64,000 nt of DNA from an uncultured Candidatus Saccharibacteria bacterium (GTDB taxonomy: Bacteria; Patescibacteriota; Saccharimonadia; Saccharimonadales; Saccharimonadaceae). A program made the position numbers and the translations under genes. The stretch is from assembly GCA_964573015.1 (NCBI GenBank), contig CAZNHZ010000002.1:66144-130143 (forward strand), written 5' to 3'. Positions 54,001 through 63,210 of the stretch are shown piece by piece; position 1 is the first letter of the stretch; each line of letters starts with the position of its first letter. The notes below the pieces were generated by a model, which ran no database searches, was not told the DNA's origin, and saw nothing but the letters and a program-made list of their open reading frames with translations.

Positions 54001-56686
54001 CATTGGCATTGATTTTATTGTAATAGACGGAGTTACTCGGTGCGCCGCCGATGGAAGTTGCACCGCCAATCAGGTACAGCCGGTCGTTATAGACTTGGGC
54101 GGCGTAACCGTACGTTGCGTTCGGCAGGTTACCTGATGAGGCCCAGGAGCCGATCGTGCCGTCAGGGATGAGGTCGGCGATGTGGACAGTGTTAGCGACC
54201 GACTTGGTGCCGCCGCTGCTGGTAATGCCGCCCATGAGGTAGAGGCGGTTATTGTAGGCTAATACTTTGATAGCGCTGCGCGGCGATGGCAGGTCAGAGG
54301 CGCGGTACCAGTACGCCCAGTTAGCTTTGTTGCCGTCAGTCGGATGCCACAGTTGCGGCTCGCCATTTGCCCCTAGTTTCGCAACGTATGTAGTTTTGCA
54401 AATCCCGCCGTCACCGGTGCCATTGGCAGCAGTGCAGCTCGCGTCTTCGCCGCCCAGTGCGTAGAGAAAGCCGTTGTAGGCAACGAGCGAAAAACTACTA
54501 CGCGGAGAGGGCAGGCTATAGGATGTAGATGTACACCAGCCACTACAGATGCCACTGCCAGGATTGGCGCTCGCGATCGTACCATTTGTGGTATCGAATT
54601 TCGCCCAACTGACGGTACTTATCGCGCCAGTTGAAGAGACGTATGAGATAATGACAAGCCCTGACGTGCCTGCCGATCCTGTATTGTCGGCTGGACCTGC
54701 GTCGCCACCAGCGCCAGCGCTACCACGATCGGGATCTCCGCTGTTGCCAGGTGTCGCCAAAACGGCAGCCATTGTATTGCCCGACCCGCTATAATAACTT
54801 GAACCACCGCCACCACCTGCAGCACCGGTGCGAAAGCTGGAGCCTGCACCACCACCACCACCATAATACCCGCCACCACCACCGCCACCACCGGCATAGC
54901 CAGTAGTTGCGTCGCGCGAGCCGCCATTTCCACCATTGCCGAATGTGCCGCCATTGTTGCCGCTGCCATCTGTACCTTGAGCGCTGCGGCCGTCGCCACC
55001 AGCGCCACCTTGTAACGAACTTCCGCTTGAGCCGGAGTTGCCACCACTAGTAATAACACCACCGCTACCGCCGCTGGAACTGGTGCCTCCTGCACCACCG
55101 CCTGACGTTCCAGATGCGCCTCCGGTTTGTCCCGTCACACCACCGCCACCGCCACCTGCGCCTCCGGGGTTCCCCGAGTTGCGACCACCACCGCCGCCAC
55201 CCGCACCCCCAGCAGCGATAATAAGATGACTAGTAACGCGACGCACACTTGAGTAGCCACCGCCGCCGCCCCCGCCTCCAGAGTTGGTGGCGTTGCCCGT
55301 GCCGGCTCCGCCAGCGCTACCTACGGTAATATATAAGCGTTCGCCTGGCGTAACAGTAAGGTTGCTTTCAGTATAGCCACCCGCGCCACCTGCGCCACCG
55401 GCATTGTTCGCACCACCACCACCGCCACCACCACCCGCACCCCACATCTTCACGCTGATCGAAGATATATCTGCTGGAACGTCAAAGTAGTCACTATTGG
55501 TCGCAGTGGTAAATGATTGCTGGCCACCACTAGGGTGGGTGCCGCCGACCGCGTAGAGGTAGCCGCCAGTCGCGGCGACGCCTTGTTTCCAGATAGACGT
55601 ATTGAGACTTAGTGTCGGGTTCCAGCTATCGAACCGTGCGCCGGTCGTGGCGGATTTTTTGATGAGCTTGTTGGCGACGTCGAAATCGATATTGGTTTCG
55701 TTGTTGCCATTCATAAACTGCTGCGCGGTGACGATATATATGCTTGGGTCGATCGAAAGCGGGTAATTTGCATCTGTAAGCCCACTGGCTTTGACGGTAA
55801 GAAGGTTGCCTTTGAGTCTGAACTCGGCTTTGACTTTTGATGCTGTTTTGTTGGATTCAACGACAGTAGGTTTAGGAATAACAAATAACAACAAGGATTT
55901 TTCGGCATTCAACTGGGCTTTTTGCAGTAGTTCCTGGTCTGACTCAGTGGCGGCAGAAACATTGTTTATAAACAGTTGATTGCCATAAACTCCAATACTG
56001 CCATCACGCTCAAGTCTTGCCTCGGTACCATTTGGTAGCTTTAGGTCATAGCTAACTTCATATTTGTCACCTTGTTCCTGCGACAAAACAATGTCTTCTT
56101 TTATTCCTTCACCGGTTGCAGTATATACAAGCCAACCTTTGTGATTACGAAAAGGATAAACTAATCGGTTCTCCTGTTGCTGGCCCTCGGCTAGAGTAAG
56201 GTGCGGTTTCATAACCAGGTCGATTTTATAAGTAGGGTCAGTGACGGTGATGCCTCTGCTGGCGTCAGAAGGAAGTATTGCCGATACAAGACTGGCTCCT
56301 GTCTGCTTGTTATCAGAACTATTTGCCATACCGTGAATAAAAGTATATTCACGTTTCTTTTCATCATAGGTAATACTCTTTGCGAGGACAGGGCTTGAAA
56401 CAGTTAGAATCTTTTCTGCTTGGCTAATGCGATATTCGTGAGGACCAAAGTATCGATAAATTTGATATCCGGCAATTGCAAGAAGTGTGGTGATAACAAA
56501 AATTATCGCAAGTTTTATGACCTGTTTTTTTTCAGGTACGGGAATAGTAAGATAGCGTTTTCCGTTTGCGGTCGATTTTATCCAGCGGTGGTTCACAGAT
56601 AAGAAATATCGTGAGTGAACTCGGTTAATGATAGAGTCTAGCCACCGATGGAAAGCCGTTCGGTTTTTTTTGTTCATACGTCCCAA
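51014..56686 (-). CDS. Giant membrane-anchored surface protein with a Gly-rich (ALK/LTK GlyR-like) domain and ~18 Kelch-like blades
   Basis: 1890 aa. TM helix at aa ~56-76. A Gly-rich block spans aa ~395-685. A recurrent blade signature appears ~18 times (examples: LYAVGG, LYLIGG, LYVVGG, IYLIGG). Confidence 0.8.
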   Translation of the reverse strand: MGRMNKKNRTAFHRWLDSIINRVHSRYFLSVNHRWIKSTANGKRYLTIPVPEKKQVIKLAIIFVITTLLAIAGYQIYRYFGPHEYRISQAEKILTVSSPVLAKSITYDEKKREYTFIHGMANSSDNKQTGASLVSAILPSDASRGITVTDPTYKIDLVMKPHLTLAEGQQQENRLVYPFRNHKGWLVYTATGEGIKEDIVLSQEQGDKYEVSYDLKLPNGTEARLERDGSIGVYGNQLFINNVSAATESDQELLQKAQLNAEKSLLLFVIPKPTVVESNKTASKVKAEFRLKGNLLTVKASGLTDANYPLSIDPSIYIVTAQQFMNGNNETNIDFDVANKLIKKSATTGARFDSWNPTLSLNTSIWKQGVAATGGYLYAVGGTHPSGGQQSFTTATNSDYFDVPADISSISVKMWGAGGGGGGGGANNAGGAGGAGGYTESNLTVTPGERLYITVGSAGGAGTGNATNSGGGGGGGGYSSVRRVTSHLIIAAGGAGGGGGGRNSGNPGGAGGGGGGVTGQTGGASGTSGGGAGGTSSSGGSGGVITSGGNSGSSGSSLQGGAGGDGRSAQGTDGSGNNGGTFGNGGNGGSRDATTGYAGGGGGGGGYYGGGGGAGSSFRTGAAGGGGGSSYYSGSGNTMAAVLATPGNSGDPDRGSAGAGGDAGPADNTGSAGTSGLVIISYVSSTGAISTVSWAKFDTTNGTIASANPGSGICSGWCTSTSYSLPSPRSSFSLVAYNGFLYALGGEDASCTAANGTGDGGICKTTYVAKLGANGEPQLWHPTDGNKANWAYWYRASDLPSPRSAIKVLAYNNRLYLMGGITSSGGTKSVANTVHIADLIPDGTIGSWASSGNLPNATYGYAAQVYNDRLYLIGGATSIGGAPSNSVYYNKINANGSLNNWVATTPMQSGRMTSGGDFGSVWGAYIYVSGGCTATNASGFCTSVVSDTQVSSINADGSIDSWNLVGGVNDTRTGQSLVAWRGYLYEIGGCSSQNTATGNCNNALSDIQYGKINQDGDASTVGESVPFGTAPCSGGSATNCNMPSNVGNMLTNSFISNGYLYLIGGCTSNSCNATSSNTAYVAISSTGKMTAPAACPAPRTIQGGIWCVDTTNTTPSGLAASSPVVFNGRVYLVGGLTGGGNANDLLRADINQTNGSLGTWTNQSLTGLGVNNVSYQYAFARANPDDASNNPGNLYILGGCTASSNAGCTSYSTAVYKCNIQTSGAITGCSTSGQQQIDAELAVGGSQGLGIMSGTVYANYIYLIGGVTPNSVDLKTVRYAKIDNNNNIVAVSGSNWIESAFQMSVGRRRSAAFGYNGYLYAVGGYEASSGVLADIEFIKINVSDGSLVEGWHVSAVEINQRWGLTVPVSNSYAYVIGGCTIGASPGGCTTRTDVIQTFQVYNNDSGTPAGYSNAANQYVTNQQRLGGSATVLNGHLFMAGGCTGTTDCTNPVTTVSSAPIDANGSVGTWTDQAALPQARGWGKLATSGGSLYYIGGQNASGTAQNSVYHATPSGGTIGSWSTATNGLPSARSKFGVAIWNGRLYVVGGNNSAGTPTATVYVSPQLTSGGNITSAWSTASTSLPVARSSLASVAYANNLYVFGGIDGSGNYLSDTSYSQLNTTNGTAGNWLYSTSLPKQLADADAIAANGYIYLIGGRNSPTTCAPSTLLAPVSANTTIASGNMPTGVGEWSSTNQRFAGDRYGAAAVYSDGKLYVLGGGCGATLAYPSGANTAQQTTLLSQPQVAKYSIMVDTDSDVFPNYWLINGLDNSIGARWQLKYRSMANQLTSTKCATMTTWGQETHFGDVTLGTPGAYIVKDSGGTDIKCGRYFFFNVTVDSSQAFGYPDDVSRGPTITDLSLQFTADPSKRLMHGRTFTGGLQQPIDTPTYAQ
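54632..55504 (-). repeat. Low-complexity GGN-rich coding tract (Gly-rich domain of the giant protein)
   Basis: The + strand shows runs such as ccaccaccaccaccgccaccacc. The protein reads WGAGGGGGGGGANNAGGAGGAGGY...GGGGGGGGYSS...AAGGAGGGGGG... Confidence 0.85.
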
Positions 56687-56734
56687 ATTATGATTGTGAT
56701 CTTCCCATTGATTATAGCATAAACAACATCTTCT

Positions 56735-59700
56735 TTATCTGTTGCTAAATGCAAAGTTGAGGTTTCCAACGTAAGCGTTAGCATTGCGGCTAACAGCTAG
56801 GTCGATTTTGAACACAATACTATCGCCCCCTACAAAACCACAGGTGGATGGGTCTGCCGCTCCGCTTGCAGAAGCTATCTGCCAGGTCGTTTGTGTGCCT
56901 GTCGAAACAGAAGTTGCACCACCACATGGCGTGGTACCGGTCGCAGGAGAATTTCTAAGAATAGTGTATTGAACAGATGAATATGCACCAGAAACGCTAC
57001 CGTTGTCCGTACGACCCATAAGTGAGGTTTGGCCTGAGTTGAAGCCTTTGAATGTGCCAGGTAGCTGATAAGTAACATAAATACTATAGGTTTGAGCGGT
57101 TGACTGTGGGCTGGTCCATTTATAGAAGTTGTAGGTTTCATCGGTGCCGCAAATGGTTGGTTGCCCGCTGGAGCCGTCGTTGATATTGAGATAATCAGAA
57201 CAAAGATCGCTTGTCATTGTGCCGATACCGGTGCCGTGCAAGACGGCGTTGGTGTACTCTGGGCTAATGGTGATGATATTATCTGGGCTGGAACCGCAGG
57301 CTCCCCAGCCATCAGCTTCGTAGCACTGTAACTTGCCGAGTGTCGTATCGTAATACATGCTACCGAGCAATGCATCGTTGTCACTGGCGATCGGTGCGCT
57401 GGCGCCGCGATCGAGGGTGAAAAGCGTAGTCGGGCCACCGTTGACACCGCCGCCAATTTGAACGTTTGGTGTGGTAACAGTGGACAGGGTCATGCTGACG
57501 GTGTCGACATAGAACGTACGCCCGGTGGCATCGGTTTGCGTAAAGTAGAGGTATGGATTGGTCGGCGCGGTCGAGCTGGTGGTGACATAACAGGTCACTT
57601 TGGTGTAGTTGGTCGAGCTGACGCCAATCGTTTGCGTGTTGTAATCGACGCACGGGGTAAAACTACTGCCACCATCAGGGGAGTAGCGAATCGTGTATGA
57701 GGTGAAGCTGCCAGAAGTGATATTGACGTATGAAGTGATGCGATAAGTTGTTGAAATGAGCGGATTGACGGCGAGTTTGTTGCGGACACCTTGATTGGCG
57801 CCCGTCGTGACGACCTGTGCGCTATCGCTGGCGTCATTGCCTGAGGTCGTACTGCGGGTGACGGTTGAGCCGCCGACCCCCGACCAGTTGGTTGCAAAGT
57901 TGGCAGCATCATTGACGCCGGGATCAGCCGAATAGTTGAGGTCGGCTGCGATGGTGACAGAGAGATTATCGACGTAGAAAGTTCGGGCAGTGCCGCTGCC
58001 GGTCTGGCGGATGAGGATTGCGTTGCTGGCAGTGATGCCGCTGATGGGGGCGCTGAAGGTACAGTTGATCTTAGTCCAGACGCTCGTGTTGACGGCTTTG
58101 GCATTTGCACACAGCAGCGTCGCAGCGCTGCCATCTGCCGAATAATAAACCTCGAGGTCGCTAAAGGTGGCGCTACCGGTGGTCAGGCGAGCTGAGAATG
58201 AGACGTTGTAATTCATCTTGGCAGTGAGGGCTGAAGTCAGCTGGTTTTTGACACCGCTACTGGCTGTGGTGCTTGTGCCAACCGACACAGAACCTTGACC
58301 GGTTGCGATGTAGTTACCAGCGGTTGTGTAGCGACTAACCGTTGCCCCGTTTATTGCCGACCAGGTGTTGTTTGGGAACGTCGTTGTGCCGCCACTGCCT
58401 ATGGTTTCGGCACCAGCATTGGAGGCGTACTCAGCGAGATTGCTATTGACTGACAGGAGTCCGGCGGCTGACTGGGTTTGAACACTGAGGAGTGTACCGT
58501 TGACTGGGTTGACTGAACTATCGCGAATCGTCAGACCATTGGTCGCGCTCGTCTTGCTGACGACAAGCTCAGCACCACCAGCACTCTGAAGAGTATTGTC
58601 GTAGGCTGCTTGCAGGGTGGTCGAGCTTGAAGCGCCGGCTGCTGTCCAGTCATTACCGTTCCAGATCATCGTGGCAGTAGTATTTTTGCGCATGGCGATT
58701 TGATTGCCCTGGCCGCCGCCGTTGACGCTGAGCGTAAAGTCTTTGCTGAGATTTGAAGCCGTCACGTAAACGACTCGGCCGGCTGTTATTATGGTCGGAT
58801 CTGGCATAAAAGCAGTCTGTCCGTCATGAGTAAATCCTACAATGACGGAAGCATTGTTATTTATCGATGATTGAGAAATTGTACAGTTTGTAATACTGAC
58901 TGATTCGGTGCCGCCTGCGAAACAGCCGGTGTCGTTTGACGCGGTCTGATAGGCTGCTGTTGCGAGTGTTACAAGTCCATTTGCGGTTGTACCTGAGCCA
59001 CCTGAAATCAGCACGTTGCCGCCGATTGCACCACTTGCGCCGCTATTGCCACCCTGAAGCGTCAATGTTCCGCCGTTACCAGTGCCGTTACCGGTAGCGC
59101 CCTGGACAGTAAAGGGATTGCCTTGAGTGTTAGCGGCTGTCTGTGCACTTGCTTGGAGAGTGGTTGGGGCACCTGCGATACCAAGAGTTACCGAGCTAGA
59201 TGAAAGGATTAACGGTGTGGTACCTGTTGACTTACCAATCACAATGTTTGTCGCGTTACTAGCGCCAATCGTCAGACTTCCGCTAGCCGCATCAACCGTG
59301 CTGGCTTGAAGCGAACCAGCCGTACCAGTGCCAGAGATATTGAAATTTGCACCGACTTGCGGTGCTGTGCCGTTTTGGATGAAATCACCAGCGGTTTTGC
59401 CGCCCAATTGCATGGCATTGAGTGCGTACGGCACGGCAGAGAGCCGCTTCATCGGAACCATTTCACCGTCACCGGCACAACTACTAAATGGCGTACAAGA
59501 GGTATTGGTATTGCCGATATTCATACTCAGCCAGAGAGTATCTTGGTTCCAATCGATACTGGTGCCAAATGGTGTAACCGACCCAAGCTCGACTGACATG
59601 AAACCGTTTTTTACAGTCACACCCTGTGAGCTGGCGTTGAGATGATCCTCAGTCCATCTGAGCGTACCGCCGGGATTGCCGGCTGATGTGCCGGTACCGT

Positions 59701-59920
59701 CCTGGTAAATTTTGAATTGAACATTGTAATAGCCGTCAGGCACGGTTGCTCCGGCGGCAGTAAAGAGACGGCCCTGAAAATTAATCGTTTGGTTGATTCC
59801 AGGAGCAGCTGAAACAGACGGCATAACCAGCAGTACCCCACTCAGTAAACTACCAATGAGGACAGCAAACAAAGCGACGATGGTCGCACGCTGACGTTGT
59901 GGTGACACGCCTAAGAACAT
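56735..59920 (-). CDS. Large secreted fibre-like protein with a tail-fibre-like N-terminal region and two CBM4/9-like modules
   Basis: 1061 aa with an N-terminal signal/anchor. NQTINFQGRLFTAAGATVPDGYYNVQFKIYQ...RLSAVPYALNA. Two modules end TFYVDNLSVT and TFYVDTVSMT. Confidence 0.7.
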   Translation of the reverse strand: MFLGVSPQRQRATIVALFAVLIGSLLSGVLLVMPSVSAAPGINQTINFQGRLFTAAGATVPDGYYNVQFKIYQDGTGTSAGNPGGTLRWTEDHLNASSQGVTVKNGFMSVELGSVTPFGTSIDWNQDTLWLSMNIGNTNTSCTPFSSCAGDGEMVPMKRLSAVPYALNAMQLGGKTAGDFIQNGTAPQVGANFNISGTGTAGSLQASTVDAASGSLTIGASNATNIVIGKSTGTTPLILSSSSVTLGIAGAPTTLQASAQTAANTQGNPFTVQGATGNGTGNGGTLTLQGGNSGASGAIGGNVLISGGSGTTANGLVTLATAAYQTASNDTGCFAGGTESVSITNCTISQSSINNNASVIVGFTHDGQTAFMPDPTIITAGRVVYVTASNLSKDFTLSVNGGGQGNQIAMRKNTTATMIWNGNDWTAAGASSSTTLQAAYDNTLQSAGGAELVVSKTSATNGLTIRDSSVNPVNGTLLSVQTQSAAGLLSVNSNLAEYASNAGAETIGSGGTTTFPNNTWSAINGATVSRYTTAGNYIATGQGSVSVGTSTTASSGVKNQLTSALTAKMNYNVSFSARLTTGSATFSDLEVYYSADGSAATLLCANAKAVNTSVWTKINCTFSAPISGITASNAILIRQTGSGTARTFYVDNLSVTIAADLNYSADPGVNDAANFATNWSGVGGSTVTRSTTSGNDASDSAQVVTTGANQGVRNKLAVNPLISTTYRITSYVNITSGSFTSYTIRYSPDGGSSFTPCVDYNTQTIGVSSTNYTKVTCYVTTSSTAPTNPYLYFTQTDATGRTFYVDTVSMTLSTVTTPNVQIGGGVNGGPTTLFTLDRGASAPIASDNDALLGSMYYDTTLGKLQCYEADGWGACGSSPDNIITISPEYTNAVLHGTGIGTMTSDLCSDYLNINDGSSGQPTICGTDETYNFYKWTSPQSTAQTYSIYVTYQLPGTFKGFNSGQTSLMGRTDNGSVSGAYSSVQYTILRNSPATGTTPCGGATSVSTGTQTTWQIASASGAADPSTCGFVGGDSIVFKIDLAVSRNANAYVGNLNFAFSNR

Positions 59921-60086
59921 GGTGGAATAGAGCCCCTGTTTTGTTTTTATGTTTTTTACTACTTATGCACATAGCAAAGTAGACATAAGGTGCGTGTGGT
60001 GGGTTTTGTTAGATATAACGTTTTTTGTGTTTGTCTCTCGTTGTATCTATAGAGATAGTAACGCTTTTGCTTAAAAATTGCAAGGC

Positions 60087-61067
60087 TTAATTGGTGACAA
60101 GTTGACCGCGAACTTTGAGGATGTGGCGTTCGCGCCGCTCGCCGAGCCAAAAGCTGGCGACAGCAGTTACAATTGCAACATATAACGGCCACAGCACAAT
60201 CAACATATTTTTTTGCTCGACAGCTGTTTGAGCGGCTACAATATCGGGCTGACCGTTGACGATTGCGGCTACTGTCAAAAAAGCTACTCGCCCATCGGCG
60301 TCGCTGGCCTGGATACCAATCTGGTAAATACCGGGTTTTTTGTAGGTATGAGTCACGGTAAAGCCAAAGTTGTCGCCGCGTGGAATCACTTTGTTGGTCG
60401 AGTCCCCCCACTGGACATTGACTGCATAAGGCGGCCGTCCGCCAATCAAATCGATATGCATGGCCATTTCTTTTTCCGGGAAGACACCGCGGATAACGGC
60501 ATCGGTGTTGATGAGGAGCTGTGTACCGCCAAAGTCAAACGAAGCGACCGGTCCGGCTTGGGTTGGCAGTGCATCGTAATAGACGGTGACAATATTTGAG
60601 TCGGGCCCAGGTTGGTTGAGGGCGTCGTAGACACGAGCAACGAGTGAATTCTGCCCAATCAGCAGATCAATCTCCAGAGTGTAGGTGCCGCTGCTGCTGC
60701 AAGCGGTAGATCCGGCAAAGATATCGTTTTTGAATATTTCAACCAGAGTGCTGGCCGGACAGGTACCGCTGATAGTAATAGGTGTTGCACTAAAATGCTG
60801 ACCATTAGACGGCGTTTGTATAGTGGCGGCTGTGGTTGGCGGTTTGGTCGGTACCGTCCCGCTGAGGCCGATTGATCCGTATTCCGGCCCGTTATAGGGC
60901 GCGGCGGCATTGACGGTAAACACCATCAGTAAGCCGCCGAGCATAGCCAGCAATACCCCGAGCGCTGTATAGTTGGTATGTTCGTGAGGTTTTAGTTTTC
61001 CGGTGTGGCTATGGTGAAGTAGACTGCCGTAGACACGCATGGCATTAGTATAGCATGCGGGGCGCAA
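60087..61067 (-). CDS. Bitopic membrane protein with Ig-like and PKD-like domains
   Basis: 326 aa. The N-terminus is His-rich (LLHHSHTGKLKPHEHTNY), followed by a TM helix. The PKD-like block is VQWGDSTN...FTVTHTYKKPGIYQIGIQASDADG. There is a C-terminal TM helix. Confidence 0.65.
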   Translation of the reverse strand: MRPACYTNAMRVYGSLLHHSHTGKLKPHEHTNYTALGVLLAMLGGLLMVFTVNAAAPYNGPEYGSIGLSGTVPTKPPTTAATIQTPSNGQHFSATPITISGTCPASTLVEIFKNDIFAGSTACSSSGTYTLEIDLLIGQNSLVARVYDALNQPGPDSNIVTVYYDALPTQAGPVASFDFGGTQLLINTDAVIRGVFPEKEMAMHIDLIGGRPPYAVNVQWGDSTNKVIPRGDNFGFTVTHTYKKPGIYQIGIQASDADGRVAFLTVAAIVNGQPDIVAAQTAVEQKNMLIVLWPLYVAIVTAVASFWLGERRERHILKVRGQLVTN

Positions 61068-61076
61068 TAACCAACA

Positions 61077-62066
61077 CTAGCGACGACGGCGTCGACCGCG
61101 GGTTTGGCCGATGATGTGCTCGTTGTAGCGACGAATTCCTATACGCAGGACTATAAAGAGTAAGAGCAAACCACCGATTACCATAGCGATTAATTTATAA
61201 GGAATAACCCAAAAGCTCAGGGATGAAGCTGTTTGCTGGTTGTTGCCATAGGTCATGATAAGATCGGCAGTATAGCGTCCGAATAAAATTTTATTGCCAA
61301 TGACGGTTTGGTCTAGGCTGGTGACAAACTTGCGGATACTGCCAGGCAATACATTACGATTCTCAAGATTTACATTTAAGTTGGCAACGTTTTGGCCAAA
61401 CATATCTTTGATGGCGATTTGACCGCGCGGCTGCTCGTGGATGTTGCCGCTATTTTTGATACGGACATAAAATTGTATTGGTGTCGATTCAAATAAACTG
61501 CCCTTTGTGTTGTTAACCGCCGTAAAGAATTCCTCGATATTCATAGCTTCTTTGGCGTCACCATTGACTCGCAGCAGCACGAGGGCTCCAAGACTGGCCG
61601 AGAGCGATACGCCAGATTGGCTTAGCCCGGGTGCTTCGGCAGTAAAGCGAATAACACCGTAATAACCGCCAGGCGCAGCATTATGCGGTATGGAAATATT
61701 GACGTTTAGTTGTTGGACTTCTTTAGGGTTGAGAGTTATCTGCGGCAATGGCGATATCCAGCTTTTTATGGAGTACGGACTGACTTCGCCCTCTTCGAGT
61801 AAGATTTTTGGCGTGCCATCCTCTTCGTTATTTGCCGTAAAGTCGTTTATTTCGTTTTTGACGAGTAGTTTTACAGGGCTAATATCGCGCAGGCTTATTT
61901 GAGCTTTAACAGTTTCGCCGGGGTTGCCGCGGACATTAAGTACCGGCGGAGCGATCTCAAGTGCTTGTCCGCTGGGTTGACCGGTAGGTGTTTGGGCAGA
62001 GGCTAACGACCAGGCGAGCATGGCAAGGATGAGACTGCCGCTGGCGATAGAGATGAATCTTTTCAT
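61077..62066 (-). CDS. Membrane-anchored two-domain beta-sandwich protein (WxL-interacting protein-like: DUF916 + DUF3324-like)
   Basis: 329 aa with a signal peptide. LEIAPPVLNVRGNPGETVKAQISL... and WISPLPQITLNPKEVQQLNVNISIPHNAAPGGYYGVIRF. The second domain has IQFYVRIKNSGNIHEQPRGQIAIKD. There is a C-terminal TM helix and an RRRRR tail. Confidence 0.6.
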   Translation of the reverse strand: MKRFISIASGSLILAMLAWSLASAQTPTGQPSGQALEIAPPVLNVRGNPGETVKAQISLRDISPVKLLVKNEINDFTANNEEDGTPKILLEEGEVSPYSIKSWISPLPQITLNPKEVQQLNVNISIPHNAAPGGYYGVIRFTAEAPGLSQSGVSLSASLGALVLLRVNGDAKEAMNIEEFFTAVNNTKGSLFESTPIQFYVRIKNSGNIHEQPRGQIAIKDMFGQNVANLNVNLENRNVLPGSIRKFVTSLDQTVIGNKILFGRYTADLIMTYGNNQQTASSLSFWVIPYKLIAMVIGGLLLLFIVLRIGIRRYNEHIIGQTRGRRRRR

Positions 62067-62069
62067 GGT

Positions 62070-63203
62070 TTAAAACAGTGCAGTACAAATGTACGTTAGA
62101 GTGGTGGTGTATGTACCCGGTGGCTGGATACCAGATACGTTGACGATGTAGGATGCAGTGTAAACTTGAGAATTAGTCGGACCAGGTGTGGCACCAACGG
62201 TGCCAAGCGTCGCCGGAGCAACCGCAGCGCTGTTGGCGACGACATCACCGGTCGTAAACTTGAATTGGTCTTGGGTCTCATAGCCGGTATAGGCCTGAGC
62301 TTTCAGTGTGTTACCGTTGGATGACGGCGAGACTTCGGCACCGAAAGCTGGTGTAGACACGGTTGTGGTATTGGTTCGCAGATTCATACCCCATTGGCTG
62401 GTGCCGCGGGCCGGTGCGGCTTTGGTACTCATACCGGGTATGGTGTTTGCGCCGCTGGTTAGCGTCGGGCCGTTAACCGTAATTGAATAACCGCTGAGCG
62501 CGTTGGTACTGGCAGCCATTTGCGAGGTAGCGACGGCGGTATCGGTCGGTGAAAATGTGCGGTCAAAACTAATCACGCCCGACGTTGATGAATTGCAGTT
62601 AAGTTGCACCGTAGCACCGGTACAAAAGATGAGTGACTCCGGCATCACGCCTGAGAGGACAATTTGTTCGGCGGTGCTGGCAGCGACAACGCCGCTATCG
62701 ACTAGTCCGGTCGAACCGTCGGTGCCGGTGTAGGTGCTTATCCGAACATAGAATGACGTGTTGTTAGCAGTTGGGTTGGTAACACTTTGGATTGGCATTG
62801 TGATTGCCGTACCGCCCGACACACTGGCGGCAGTACGAGTAAAATAAGGTGCGCCGTTGGTGGTATTGTTGAGCGTAAAACCGGTCGCGCCTACTTGTGT
62901 ACCTGATGTAGAACTGGTAGTGACTAATCCGGTCGGTGTCGTACAAGTGCCGGCGGCATTAGTACAGTAAAGAAACTTAATTGAACCGATTGAAGCAGTT
63001 GTTGGAACGGTAAAAGTAAAAACGTGATTGACGACACCACCAGCCTTTGAGCCGCCGTCACCACCGGCGCCGGCTTGGAGCGTGAGAGTCCGGGATGTTA
63101 TCTGAGCAGCGTTTGCGGTCTGGGCCTGCCAAAAAGGACTCGAAATAATTGTCAATGTCAAAACACTGAGCATCACCCACCGGAACTCTCTCCTCATTCC
63201 CAT
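62070..63203 (-). CDS. Secreted Thr/Ser/Gly-rich beta protein, WxL/SCPU-like subunit candidate
   Basis: 377 aa with signal peptide VMLSVLTLTIISSPFWQAQTANA. The C-terminus reads ...QVYTASYIVNVSGIQPPGTYTTTLTYICTALF. Confidence 0.65.
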   Translation of the reverse strand: MGMRREFRWVMLSVLTLTIISSPFWQAQTANAAQITSRTLTLQAGAGGDGGSKAGGVVNHVFTFTVPTTASIGSIKFLYCTNAAGTCTTPTGLVTTSSTSGTQVGATGFTLNNTTNGAPYFTRTAASVSGGTAITMPIQSVTNPTANNTSFYVRISTYTGTDGSTGLVDSGVVAASTAEQIVLSGVMPESLIFCTGATVQLNCNSSTSGVISFDRTFSPTDTAVATSQMAASTNALSGYSITVNGPTLTSGANTIPGMSTKAAPARGTSQWGMNLRTNTTTVSTPAFGAEVSPSSNGNTLKAQAYTGYETQDQFKFTTGDVVANSAAVAPATLGTVGATPGPTNSQVYTASYIVNVSGIQPPGTYTTTLTYICTALF

Positions 63204-63210
63204 AAGAGAA

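Noticed and set aside
54619-55229. Off-frame and antisense ORFs (159 aa, 63 aa and others) over the Gly-rich tract, and many 60-240-aa ORFs across 51-59 kb
   Set aside because: They are Pro/Ala/Val/Arg-rich by-products of GGN/GCN-biased coding sequence in the two giant minus-strand genes. They have no start context or motifs.
59959-60411. 150-aa minus-strand ORF overlapping the 3' end of the PKD-protein gene
   Set aside because: It is out of frame with the supported 326-aa gene and Arg/Ser/Cys-rich. Part of it lies in the 166-nt spacer, which more likely holds an internal promoter for the 1061-aa gene.
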